From Macrostomum lignano (Eukaryota), in NCBI GenBank assembly GCA_002269645.1, contig NIVC01000001.1, forward strand, positions 2,356,001-2,420,000: 64,000 nucleotides of DNA. The letters run 5' to 3'. The notes beneath the pieces were generated by a model. The model was not told the DNA's origin. It did not search any database and saw nothing but the letters and a program-made list of their open reading frames with translations. Positions 25,257-37,658 of the stretch are shown piece by piece (the first letter of the stretch is position 1; each line of letters begins with the position of its first letter). The translations under genes and the position numbers were made by a program.

Positions 25257-27174
25257 AGCTTAATAAATTACAAGTGTATAAGCCCCTTCAACAGAGGTAT
25301 TATACCCATTTCCATGTGTGTGTATTTGCTAGAGCAGCAGCCAGTAAGAAAGGGCAGCGTGCGCAGGCGCTGCGCCTATGCGCGTGCTGCGCTTTAGAAA
25401 AATTTCAAAAGTGCGCCGGACACCGTCCGCGGTTTTACAACTTTTTCCTATAGGGCCTCTGAACAAAGGCGACTGGCAACCCTGTGCTTCGAAAGCACGC
25501 TGCAAAAGTTTCACAAACAGATGAACTGATTAAGATGAGAAATCTTTCTATTTTGCTACATGAATATGGAGTATATGATATAGCTCGTATTTGCTAAATA
25601 TATTAGTACAATAGTTGACTGCAATAATATAGCCTTCAATGCAATCTAAAGCATTCACAATGTTGCTTTGAATTGTAGAAAGTATAATTATAAGTTTCTT
25701 TTTGCAAATAAAATCATTACAATTGCTGCATTGCATTCATTATTTTTTATTTTTAAAAAATATAAATAATGCTAAAATGTTTTTACTACTACTAAGCAGA
25801 AAGTAGAGTAAACTGTCATGTTGTGAAAATTAGCCGCAGTGGCCTATCTAGTGTTTATAGTATCTGTGGGTAGGAGTAGGCCCTTAGCAGTATTTGCAAT
25901 TGATGATATAAATGACCTTGTTTTTAATTATAGTTATTTTGGTGTAAATATGTATAAAGAATTGAGCTTTGTATAAAAGTTTTTATTAATGATTTTAATT
26001 AAAATGTTTATATTTAGTGATTAATTAGTTAATTGTTTATCCTTATTCATCATTTCTTCTAAACTAACCTTTTACCTTGTAATTCAATGTTTGACTTTGT
26101 ATTTGAATTTGAATAATTTAGAAAATTAAAATCTGTATCACTATACATTTTGGAAGCAATATATTAATGCTATTATCTATATATTGCATTTCAAAATTAA
26201 TTAACCTGCTTTAATCACCTTCATTCATATGGAAAAGTTTAACAGAACAATTCTGTTGTGCCTTGAAGAATCAACCTCACCGTTACTTGTTATGAATTGC
26301 TCCCCCACCATTACTTATTCCTTCAATGTTAGCCTTGATTCTTTATAGTTATATCTATGACCTCAATTCCCTACCAAAGCAGCTAAAGGCCCCAGCTTTC
26401 CTTTTCTTTCCTTAAGACCTGCTATGCTTACATCTTATTTCCTAAGTTAAAATACAATTGTGTTTTGCTAAGCTTGATATACAACAAATTCTTAGGATAG
26501 ATATAGCCATGAACAAATATACAAAATGCAGCACCACATAGATATACCTAATGCATAGTTGACAAAGTGATTACTATTTTAAAGTGTCACAATTAGCAAT
26601 TGACAAAGTGACCATATTTAGAGTTCTACTGATTAGCTAGTTAATAAAGTGACCTTAGAGCAATGGCTCCTCAGTTGACAATTTGACTAGGATATCTATT
26701 TTAAACAGGCAAAAACTAAGAACTTTCAATTAAATCACTTAACATAATGTGTATATTAAAGAAAGACAAGAATGTGCTATGTTTACTTTGTGGAATGGTT
26801 TGGAATATTGAAATAGAGATATTGATTTGTGGCTTAAAAAATAAATTTAGCAAATAATTATAATACTCAATTATACATTATATATCCCCATCATCCCCAT
26901 TATAAGCTGTTGAAACCCGCAAATTTTGAACCCAGGGAATTCCAATTCCAATCCAATCCAATTCTGAAATCTGATGCCATACTCAAAATTATTTGTTAAT
27001 AGTTAGTAGGATAGAGGTAAACAAAATGGAGTTCATTTGCGTAAAATTAGGATTTCAAACATTTGATATTGTTTGCTGGGGTGCTGTGCAGAATGTCAGG
27101 CAATGTCTGTCTGACTCTAAAACATATTGGCAAACTCTGGCCTCTGCCTCTCCCTACGTCCCTTGGATCCTTTG

Positions 27175-27548
27175 AAACTTCTATCTTCTCTTCTGTTTCC
27201 TCTCTTCTCTCTCATCCCTCATCTCTTCTCTCTTTCCTCTCCTCTTCTTTCTTCTCTTTTTTCCTCTCTCCTCTCCCCTCTTCTCTCGTCTTTTCCCTCA
27301 TCTCTCTTCTCTTTCATCTCTCTTATCTCATCTCTCTTCTTCTCTCCTCTCCTCTCACCTCTCCTCTCTTCTCTTTCTCCTCTTCTCTTGCCTCTTTCTT
27401 CTCCTCTATTATTTTATCTCTTTCGTCTACTCTCTCATCTCTCCTTTCTCCTCTTTAAGTCTTCTCATTTCTCTCTGCTCTCTACTCTCCTCTCCCCCCT
27501 TCTCATTCTTCACTCTCCCCTCTCTCGACAGTTTCCTCTTCTCTCTGT
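27175..27548. repeat. Pyrimidine-rich low-complexity tract (TCTC/TCC)
   Basis: Direct observation. Confidence 0.9.
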
Positions 27549-27721
27549 TCTACGCACATATCTACATATCTACATAAACATATCTATGCACAACTTTCAG
27601 TCTAAAAAGCTTGCAGTGGCAGTATAAGTTATATATTTACTCGTAAAAATCAAAGCAGCTCAATTGGAATCAAAACACAACAAATAACACGCAACAGCTA
27701 AGAGAGCAAGGCAGCAAGTTC

Positions 27722-27960
27722 AGCTAGCAAAATCCTCGCTAGCAAAATTCCTGCTAGCAAACTTTGGCCAGCAAAATTCTGGCTAGCAGATTTCGGCTAG
27801 CGGATTTCAGCTAGCAAACTTCGGCTAGCAGATTTCGGCTAGCGGATTTCGGCTAGCAAACTTCGGCTATCAGATTTCGGCTAGCGGATTTCGGCTAGCA
27901 AACCTCGACTAGCAGATTTCGGCTAGCAGATTTTGGCTAGCAAACTTCCTGCTAGCAGAT
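27722..27960. repeat. 14-bp minisatellite GGCTAGCAGATTTC upstream of SUGP1
   Basis: Direct periodicity. Confidence 0.9.
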
Positions 27961-28290
27961 CTCGTACTTCCTGTAGAGATACATTATACAATATTTTTAA
28001 GGGGTCTTCATGACATTTTGACAAAAGTCAGGATTCCATGGCATCTTTATATGGCAAATAAAAAGCCTACTGCTTAATTATATAAATATATAAATATATA
28101 TTTCAATATTACACTTACTAGATTGAGAATTACTATATATACAAGTGTAGGTAGCATAATTTTTGTTTTACTCAAGGTTGCTATTAAATTAATGCTGTTC
28201 CAAAAGGTATTGTTTAAATAAGTTATTGCATAGAGCTTTTAATTTCCAGCTAATTGATTTAAAGTGTCACAACATTTTACTGTTTGAGCC

Positions 28291-31200
28291 ATGAGCAACT
28301 CAAACCAAAAAACACCCAATTCAAGCCAGGCGTAAGTTCTTTTTTATATTTGTTTTAAATACATTGCTATAATTTCAATACTATTTGTTACAATATGTTA
28401 TACTATTTTATAGACCAATTAAACTTCCCTTCAACAATGATGGGTCTTTCATGGAAATGTTCAAGAAGATGAAGCAGCAGCAGCAACAACAGGGTCAGCA
28501 GTCGTCAGGCTCGCAGCAGGACGTCAAACCGCCAGTTGGTTTGGTTGCTAAGCAACCGGGTGAAGCTGTGAAACGATCAGCTGGTGCTATGGGCGACCTG
28601 GCTACTGTGTGAGTTGATATCTCTCGAATCATCAATTGCTAACCATCCCTATGATATAAATATCCCATATTGATAATCCCCAATATCCCCTATTGATTAT
28701 CCCCAATCTCCCCTTTTTATTATCCCCAATACTCCTTGTTGATAATCCCCAATATTCCCTATTGATTATCCCCAATTTCCCCTATTGATTTCCCCAGCGT
28801 CAGCTGTTTATCATCCCCCATATCAGTGGTTAAGAATCCGGAGTATGAGCAGCACCTATCGCACAAAGCCATCACATTGGCGCCCCCAATCTGCAGTGTT
28901 AAATCCAGCGCTAAGCCGAAGCTGGAGGAGATTCACGATTCGATCCCTCCGCCCGAGGACCCGATCGCCATCATGAACATCGAGAATCTGGCCTCGCAGA
29001 TCGCGCCGCTGGCCCCCGACGAAGAAGTCACCGCGCTGCGCTGCTTTAAATCCGAAGATTGCTACTCGTAAGTAGTGCTTACCGGTTTTCTATGTACAAA
29101 TTAAATTATAGTCTTTTATAAAAAAATTCCTTATGCAAACGCAGATTCTTGCGCGACCAGAGCAGTCAAGAGTGTCGCTATTTCTATTATCGGCTGGGCG
29201 AAATCCGCTTGGAACAGAGTCAGGAGGCTGAGGCGGCTGGTAAGTGCAAATACGAGTATATAATGAGAATTAAAAATACAATTAAATTTATTAACATCAA
29301 TAAAACTAATTGCAAATTGAGTAAGTCGACTTAGTCGCGGTTAGTGCTGGTGTACAAGGGGTCCAGGGATCCCTCATAGTTACTAAATAATTTGAAACTG
29401 AATGACTAAAATGCTAGGAAATGATTGTCGCACATTGCTACTACTAGTAGGCTAGTTAAAATTCTATGATAAGAAAATGATCATCGCGCATTGCTACTAC
29501 TAGTAGGCTAGTTAAAATTCTATGATAAGAAAATGATTATCGCGCATTGCTACTACTAGTAGGCTAGTTAAAATTCTATGATAAGAAAATGATTATCGCG
29601 CATTGCTACTACTAGTAGGCTAGTTAAAATTCTATGATAAGAAAATGATTATCGCGCATTGCTACTACTAGTAGGCTAGTTAAAATTCTATGATAAGAAA
29701 ATGATTATCTCACATTGCTACTACTAGTAGGCTAGTTAAAATTCTATGATAAGAAAATGATTATCGCGCATTGCTACTACTAGTAGGCTAGTTAAAATTC
29801 TATGATAAGAAAATGATTATCGCACATTGCTAACTACTAGTAGTCTGAAACGCAAGTAATGCGCGCATAATTTCAGACGCAAAGCGACCCCGGTCCGATC
29901 AACCGTCCTCCTCGGCGGGGACCGGTGCTGCCGGAGGTGCTGGCGCGGCCGACCTGTTCGATCCGTACTCTTCTAAGAACATCCGGGCTGCTAAGAAGTT
30001 CACCGGCGGCTTCCATCTGACTGAGGATCAGGCTAAACAGATCGCCTATCAACAGGAGCTCAATGCTATTCAGGTTCGCTAGCGCCTATTAAATTTTGTT
30101 ATTAGTAAGAGCAAATTTAATGCTGTATATTATACGCCTAATACTGCAGGAATTCATACTGGCCCAGAAGAAGCTGAAGATCAAAGAGAAGGAAGTGATC
30201 GCCGCCAGGGGCAAATACGAATACGACTCGGACGAGGAGGAGGCCTCAGCCGGGGCGCCAACTTGGGAGCACAAGCTGCGCCAGCAGGAGATGGAGGCCA
30301 CTAAGAATTGGGCCTTCAAGCTTACCGAGATGGGCAAGGGCCGGCATCATCTCGGCGATTTTATGGACCCGCAGGAGCTGACCAAGTTTATGGAGCAGTA
30401 CCGTCAGCTGAAGGTGATAACCTGGGTTCCGCTTACTGATTTCTTGGCTCATACTTTACACCTACCCTACATTGCCTAAACCATGCACTCATCTCAAATC
30501 GGAACTAACCAGTAATGGCACCCAAATTGCTCCAAAATCGTCCTTTGTCTAACTTTATCACCCGCACTGAGAACCGGCCCTGAACCACACTGAGAATCAG
30601 CCCTGAACCACACTGAGAATCGGCCCTGATACACACTGAGAACCGGCCCCTAAACCACTCTGAGAACCGACCCCTAAACCACTCTGAGAACCGACCCCTA
30701 ACCCAGACTGAGAATCGGCCCTGAACCACACTGAGAATCGGCCCTGAACCACACTGAGAACCGGCCCCTAAACCACACTGAGAACCGGCCCTGAACCACA
30801 CTGAGAACCGGCCCTGAACCAGACTGAGAATCGGCCCTGATACACACTGAGAATCGGCCCTGAACCACACTGAGAACCGGCCCTGAACCACACTGAGAAC
30901 CGGCCCTGATGCACACTGAGAATCGGCCCTGAACCACACTGAGAATCGGCCCTGAACCACACTGAGAACCGGCCCTGATGCACATTGAGAATCGGCCCTG
31001 AACCACACTGAGAATCGGCCCTGACGACACAGAATCGGCCCTGAACCACACTAAGAACCGAAATTGAACCACACTGAGAATCGCCCCGAACCACACTGAG
31101 AATCGGCCCTGAACCACACTGAGAACCGGCCCTGAACCACACTAAGAATCGGCCCAGAACCACACTGAGAATCGGCCCTGAACCACACTGAGAATCGGCC

Positions 31201-31620
31201 CTGAACCACACTAAGAATCGCCCCCGAACCACACTGAGAACTGGCCCTGAACCACACTGAGAACCGGCCCTTAAATGCCCCTTACTCGATGCCAACCGAA
31301 CCCAGGAGGACGGCGGCGAGATGTCTTCGGCAGACTACGCGGAGTTCAAGCTGACCTGCGAGAACGTGGGCTTCAAAATGCTGGAGAAGATGGGCTGGAA
31401 GGAGGGCGAAGGCCTGGGCCAGGCGGGTCAGGGCATCACGGCGCCGGTGGGCCAGCAGGGCGTCAACCAGACAGGCGCCGGCCTCGGCCTCATGTCCAGC
31501 AGCGCGATTGCCGAGCTCACTAAAGATGACGACGAATACGAGGCCTATAGGAAGCGAATGATGCTGGCTTATCGGTTCAGGCCTAATCCGCTAAATAATC
31601 CTCGGCGGAATTACTATTAA
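28291..31620 (+). CDS. SUGP1: SURP and G-patch domain protein 1 (splicing factor 4), join(28291..28331,28414..28608,28798..29067,29145..29239,29877..30073,30150..30413,31306..31620), 458 aa
   Basis: All introns are GT-AG with consistent phases (total 1377 nt). N-terminal [14 protein letters not shown]; SURP motif [19 protein letters not shown]; YDSDEE...TWEHKLR...GRHHLGDF; G-patch [19 protein letters not shown]; invariant tail [23 protein letters not shown]. Confidence 0.95.
28665..28795. repeat. Repeat of about 23 bp (GATAATCCCCAATATCCCCTATT) in SUGP1 intron 2
   Basis: 5-6 degenerate units. Confidence 0.8.
29420..29840. repeat. 56-bp minisatellite in SUGP1 intron 4, about 7.5 copies
   Basis: Period of 56 measured (29461 to 29517). 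Confidence 0.95.
30565..31271 (+). repeat. 23-bp minisatellite GAGAATCGGCCCTGAACCACACT in SUGP1 intron 6
   Basis: Direct periodicity; reverse complement of the array at 32885-33520. Confidence 0.95.
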
Positions 31621-31789
31621 GCCGGCTTATTTGTTTTGATTTTCTACTCCTGCTTCAGTTTGGGTGGTAATATTTTGCTCTATTAATGAGATGGTTTTGA
31701 GACCCGGGCTTAGCAATTGCTACGATTATTTTGCTACGTGCGCCTGTCACGTAAAATTCAGAAATCTCTTATCTTTAAAGCTCTGAAAC

Positions 31790-32275
31790 TCAACAACCAC
31801 CAAAATTCACAACCACCAAACTTCACGACCCCAAAATTCACAACCCACTAACTTCACAGCCCCAAACTTCACGACCCCAAACTCCACAACCCCCAAACTT
31901 CACGACCCCAAAATTCACGACCCCAAACTCCACAACCCCCAAACTTCACGACCCCAAAATTCACGACCCCAAACTTCACGACCCTAAAATTCACAACCCC
32001 CAAACTTCACAACCCCCAAACTTCACAACCCCCAAACTTCACAACCCCCAAACTTCACAACCCCCTAACTTTACAACCCCCTAACTTTACAACCCCTAAC
32101 TTTACAACCCCAAACTTCACAGCCCCCAAACTTCACAGCCCCACAAACTTCACGACCCCAAACTTAACAACGCCCAAACTTCACAGCCCCCCAAACGTCA
32201 CGACCCCAAACTTTACAGCCCCCAAACTTCACAGCCCCCAAACTTCACGACCCCAAACTTAACAACGCCCCCAAC
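31790..32275. repeat. 15-16-bp C-rich minisatellite (AACCCCCAAACTTCAC)n
   Basis: Direct periodicity. Confidence 0.9.
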
Positions 32276-32884
32276 TTTATTATTTTGAAATCGTAGCGAA
32301 GCCATCATTAAAAAAGGCAATAACCCAGAGATTTTGGGGTAGCGAAATAATAGTGCAATTGAATTCAGTACATTGACTGTCGGCCTGCTCTCTGATGTCT
32401 TGCTGGCCTAGTAATTAGTTTATCTGCTCTATTGTAACTTTGACTGGGCGGTCCAGTTAATTCTCTTGTGAGGTTTCGCATAAATTATGCTCACATTGTT
32501 CAACTGTTAAATGATTTCTTGATACTGCAGTGATCCTGGCATTTTGCATTTTGTCAGGCAAACCACTCAACCCCAATCTCCCCTTGTCATTAATATCAGT
32601 TTTCATTTATCCCTATTATATTGCCTGTTGTTTATTGTGTATGTAAATAGACTTCTTGTCTTTGTCTCATCAAGTTATACCCTGGTTAACTGTCACTCGT
32701 CTGTGTATGCTGTTAGGTACATAATATGTCAAATTTGAACTAAAATATTATATATTATTCATGTTTCTTTTCGTTTTACTGCCAAATGTGCTTTTGTTAA
32801 TGCTTTTTTGTGCTAATTTTAGCACTGAATTTTAACATTTACGGGTGGTTTGTTGCAATCTTTAATATGGTTATAAGACCTAAT

Positions 32885-33520
32885 CAGGGCCGGTTCTCAG
32901 TGTGTATCAGGGCCGGTTCTCAGAGTGGTTCAGGGCCAGTTCTCAGTGTGTATCAGGGCCGATTCTAAGTGTGGTTCAGGGCCGGTTCTCAGTGTGTATC
33001 AGGGCCGGTTCTCAGAGTGGTTCAGGGCCGATTATCAGTGTGGTTCAGGGCTGATTCTCAGTGTGGTTCAGGGCCGATTCTCAGTGTGGTTCAGGGCCGG
33101 TTCTCAGTGTGGTTCAGGGCTGATTATCAGTGTGGTTCAGGGCCGGTTCTCAGTGTGTATCAGGGCCGATTCTCAGTGTGGTTCAGGGCCGATTCTCAGT
33201 GTGGTTCAGGGCCGGTTCTCAGTGTCGTTCAGGGCTGATTCTCAGTGTGGTTCAGGGCCGGTTCTCAGTGTGGTTCAGGGCCGATTCTCAGTGTGGTTCA
33301 GGGCCGGTTCTCAGTGTGGTTCAGGGCTGATTCTCAGTGTGGTTCAGGGCCGGTTCTCAGTGTGGTTCAGGGCCGATTCTCAGTGTGGTTCAGGGCCGGT
33401 TCTCAGTGTGGTTCAGGGCTGATTCTCAGTGTGGTTCATTGCCGGTTCTCACCGTGGTTGAGGGCCGGTTCTCACTGGGGTTTCAGGGGCCGATTCTCAA
33501 TGTGGTTCAGGGCCAGTTCT
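32885..33520 (-). repeat. 23-bp minisatellite CAGGGCCGGTTCTCAGTGTGGTT, the same unit as SUGP1 intron 6 but inverted
   Basis: The unit is the reverse complement of the 30565-31271 unit. Confidence 0.95.
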
Positions 33521-33581
33521 TGGTGCGATTCAGCTGCTAATCCTGCGGTTATTAAACAATCTTCATCCGTTCTGTCTCCAG

Positions 33582-36500
33582 TTGCCCTTAAGTCGCTGCC
33601 TTCGATTTGGCCAGCAGCGCTTGGCGCTAGCTGCGCAAACGGCGCCACTTCCGCGCCAGCCTCGGCGCCTGCGGCACCAGCAGGACCCGGGCACCCTGCG
33701 CGCCCGGCTGATCCGCGCTGTCACGGAGCCGGTGGTGCCGCCCAAACCGGTCTCCGACACCGAGCGGCGCCTCCGCCTGGCCGAGTATCGTCGTCAGCAG
33801 CTGGAGAGCAGCGGCTACCTGGCCTTCCTTGTTGACGAATATCGACGGACTGTTCTGGACGCTGCCGACGGCAACATGCTGCTGCTGTTGGAAATGCTGC
33901 CAAACAGAATGGTGAGCTGCAGTCTGAGTCGTCCACAGTTGCTCAGAGATAGAATCAATTTTTTATCTCATGCTTCCATAGATAGATACCATTTTATCCC
34001 ATGCTCAGAGATAGATCCCATTTTCATCCCATGCTCCCAGAGATAGATCCTTTTTTTATCCCATGCTCAGAGATAGATCCCATTTTCATCCCATGCTCCC
34101 AGAGATAGATCCTTTTTTTATCCCATGCTCACAGAGATAGATCCTATTTTCATCCCATGCTCCCAGAGATAGATCCTTTTTTTTATCCCATGCTTACAGA
34201 AATAGATCCTATTTTCATCCCATGCTCCCAGAGATAGATCCCATTTTTATCTCATGCTTACAGAGATAGGTCCTATTTTTATCCCATGCTCACAGAGATA
34301 GATCCCATTTTCATCCCATGCTTATAGAGATAGATCCCATTTTTATCCCATGCTCAGAAAGATATATACCATTTTATCCCATGCTCAGAGAGATAGATAC
34401 CATTTTATCCCATGCTCAGAGAGATAGATACCATTTTATCCCATGCTCAGAGAGATAGATCCCTTTTTTATCCCATGCTCACAGAGATAGATCCCATTTT
34501 TATCCCATGCTCACAGAGATAGATCCCATTTTTATCCCATGCTCACAGAGATAGATCCCATTTTTATCCCATGCTCAGAGAGATAGATCCCATTTTTATC
34601 CCATGCTCACAGAGATAGATCCCATTTTTATCCCATGCTCACAGAGATAGATCCCATTTTTATCCCATGCTCACAGAGATCTTACTGTAAGCATCCCCTC
34701 AGCAACAGCAGGCTCATCGGCCTCCCTACTCCCCACCCGCAGCTGCTGAGCTTTTCGTATCGCAACGCCCTGCACGGCATCGGCTACTCCATGCCGCGGC
34801 ACTACCGCTACACCAATCCGGTTGTCAGGCGAGCCGCCGCCGGCACCAAATGGCAGCCGCTGGCCGAGCTGTTCTTTGCCGACGGCCTGAGAACCGAGCT
34901 CGCGTTTGGACCGGCCGAACCGGCCGCCTGCAAATCTGCGCTGGCCATTGTGGACGCCTCGCCATACCTGTTACTGCTTGGCGGAGTGACTGAGAACAGG
35001 ATGCTCACTGCCGAGCAGGTCGGTTGAAGCAATTTCTATACTGCCTTCTGCTGTTTTTTAAGTACAAGTATTATTTGTTAATATCCAGGAGTTCAGGAAT
35101 CAATGTATAGCGGGATTAGCGAGAATAGGGAGAACATGGATTATCAGCAATGTGGAGAATATGGATTATCAGCAATGGGGAGAATATGGATTATCAGCAA
35201 TGGGGAGAATATGGATTATCAGCAATGGGGAGAATATGGATTATCAGCAATGGGGAGAATATGGATTATCAGCAATGGGGAGAATATGGATTATCAGCAA
35301 TGGGGAGAATATGGATTATCAGCAATGGGGAGAATATGGATTATCAGCAATGGGGAGAATATGGATTATCAGCAATGGGGAGAATATGGATTATCAGCAA
35401 TGGGGAGAATATGGATTATCAGCAATGGGGAGAATATGGATTATCAGCAATGGGGAGAATATGGATTATCAGCAATGGGGAGAATATGGATTATCAGCAA
35501 TGGGGAGAATATGGATTATCAGCAATGGGGAGAATATGGATTATCAGCAATGGGGAGAATATGGATTATCAGCAATGGGGAGAATATGGATTATCAGCAA
35601 TGGGGAGAATATGGATTATCAGCAATGGGGAGAATATGGATTATCAGCAATGGGGAGAATATGGATTATCAGCAATGGGGAGAATATGGATTATCAGCAA
35701 TGGGGAGAATATGGATTATCAGCAATGGGGAGAATATGGATTATCAGCAATGGGGAGAATATGGATTATCAGCAATGGGGAGAATATGGATTATCAGCAA
35801 TGGGGAGAATATGGATTATCAGCAAAGGGGAGAATATGGATTATCAGCAATGGGGAGAATATGGATTATCAGCAATGGGGAGAATATGGATTATCAGCAA
35901 TGGGGAGAATATGGATTATCAGCAATGGGGAGAATATGGATTATCAGCAATGGGGAGAATATGGATTATCAGCAATGGGGAGAATATGGATTATCAGCAA
36001 TGGGGAGAATATGGATTATCAGCAATGGGGAGAATATGGATTATCAGCAATGGGGAGAATATGGATTATCAGCAATGGGGAGAATATGGATTATCAGCAA
36101 TGGGGAGAATATGGATTATCAGCAATGGGGAGAATATGGATTATCAGCAATGGGGAGAATATGGATTATCAGCAATGGGGAGAATATGGATTATCAGCAA
36201 TGGGGAGAATATGGATTATCAGCAATGGGGAGAATATGGATTATCAGCAATGGGGAGAATATGGATTATCAGCAATGGGGAGAATATGGATTATCAGCAA
36301 TGGGGAGAATATGGATTATCAGCAATGGGGAGAATATGGATTATCAGCAATGGGGAGAATATGGATTATCAGCAATGGGGAGAATATGGATTATCAGCAA
36401 TGGGGAGAAAATGGATTATCAGCAATGGGGAGAATATGGATTATCAGCAATGGGGAGAATATGGATTATCAGCAATGGGAAGAATATGGATTATCAGCAA

Positions 36501-36776
36501 TGGGGAGAATATGGATTATCAGCAATGGGGAGAATATGGATTATCAGCAATGGGGAGAATATGGATTATCAGCAATGGGAAGAATATCCTCAAACTCCTC
36601 AGGTGCGCAGCTACGCCCAGCTGGTCGACTTGGATACGGCTCGGGCGCGCCTCATCGGCGCCCTAAACGCGCCGGCTGAATCGTTGGCCGGACTGCTTAG
36701 CCGGCCGGCCGAACAGCTGATTACCCTGTTGGACAATCGACACAGTCAGCTGGGCGGCGACGGCGGCAGCGGTTGA
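33582..36776 (+). CDS. MRPL10: Mitochondrial ribosomal protein uL10m, join(33582..33911,34743..35018,36603..36776); no in-gene initiator ATG found
   Basis: All exons are phase 0. RLIRAVTEPVVPPKP (recalled human QKLMAVTEYIPPKP); PYLLLLGGVTENRMLT (PFLPLLGGCIDDTILS); YAQLVDLDTARARLIGAL...PAEQLITLLD (YSKLPSLPLVQGELVGGL...PLQLTTLLD). Arg/Leu-rich presequence-like N-terminus. Confidence 0.9.
33960..34680. repeat. 32-33-bp minisatellite TATCCCATGCTCACAGAGATAGATCCCATTTT in MRPL10 intron 1
   Basis: Direct periodicity. Confidence 0.95.
35135..36588. repeat. Highly homogeneous 25-bp minisatellite ATGGATTATCAGCAATGGGGAGAAT in MRPL10 intron 2, about 58 copies
   Basis: Direct periodicity with only about 4 variant units; explains the 504-557 aa ORFs. 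Confidence 0.98.
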
Positions 36777-36889
36777 ATGTGCGGTGCACATTGCTCTTTG
36801 TGCTGCTCGGTTCACAGACACATATAGGCCCTGTGCATTTTTGCTGTCTTACTCACTGTGTTCTGTTCTCATCTGTTTTCTCTTGTCTC

Positions 36890-37060
36890 TTATCTCTCCC
36901 TTCTCTACCCTGCCTCCCCTCTACCCTGCCTCCCCTCTCCACTTTGCCTCCCCTCTACCCTGCCTCCCCTCTCCTCTGCCTCCCCTCTACTCTGCCTTCC
37001 CTCTCCACTCTGCTGTCTCCCCCTTCTCCACTCCACTATCTCTCCTTTCTCGCCTCTACT
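36890..37060. repeat. Pyrimidine-rich repeat (CCTCTACCCTGCCTCC-like)
   Basis: Direct observation. Confidence 0.75.
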
Positions 37061-37658
37061 TGTTCTTTATCCACCAATCCTCCCTATGTTCCGTTCATAC
37101 TCCTTTTGTCTAGCCAATCATTTCACCTAACTTAAGGCTAAATTGATAAGTAAAGCACTGAGCAATTCATGTTTTTCACCTGAGCCGTTACCTAGGGATG
37201 CTGCAATGATGTCAATTTTTGTAGCAACTAAAGCTGTTATAATTATAGTTTAATTGTTGTTTATTGCCTTTCAATTGCAAATAGAAGAACAACTTGTTGC
37301 TAATTCCTTGTGTTGTCACACTCTATAAGACCCTCCGCTTTGTATTTTGGGTATGGATTTGCCGCAAAAGAACATATAATCGTTTGAGCTTTATTTATTT
37401 TCATTTCTGTTTTATCATGTAGCTTTTTAAAAGTATATTTGATCTTCTTATCGAGGTAGCGGTTAATAACATACTAGTCGTATTTACTTTTATCTAAAAT
37501 CTCTATGCATGACTGGATATTACCCATGAAAAGTAAAATAAATAGTTATGCACGTACTTTATATACATGCAGTGCGCACTGGTGCACTACTGGAGTCCTA
37601 CTACTAAAGCGTATCGCATATTGAGAGTGCACTTAAACACTATAAAAGTACAGATGCA

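Noticed and set aside
32055-32105. CCCTAA telomere-like hexamers
   Set aside because: They are isolated variants within a 16-bp minisatellite, not a tandem TTAGGG tract.
32384-32405. ATGTCTTGCTGGCCTA/GTAATT as a cis first exon of MRPL10
   Set aside because: The donor is phase 1, which would put the phase-0 exon at 33582 out of frame with the uL10m sequence.
35103-36679. 504-557 aa ORFs in three frames
   Set aside because: They are the 25-bp intronic satellite; only 36603-36776 is a real MRPL10 exon.
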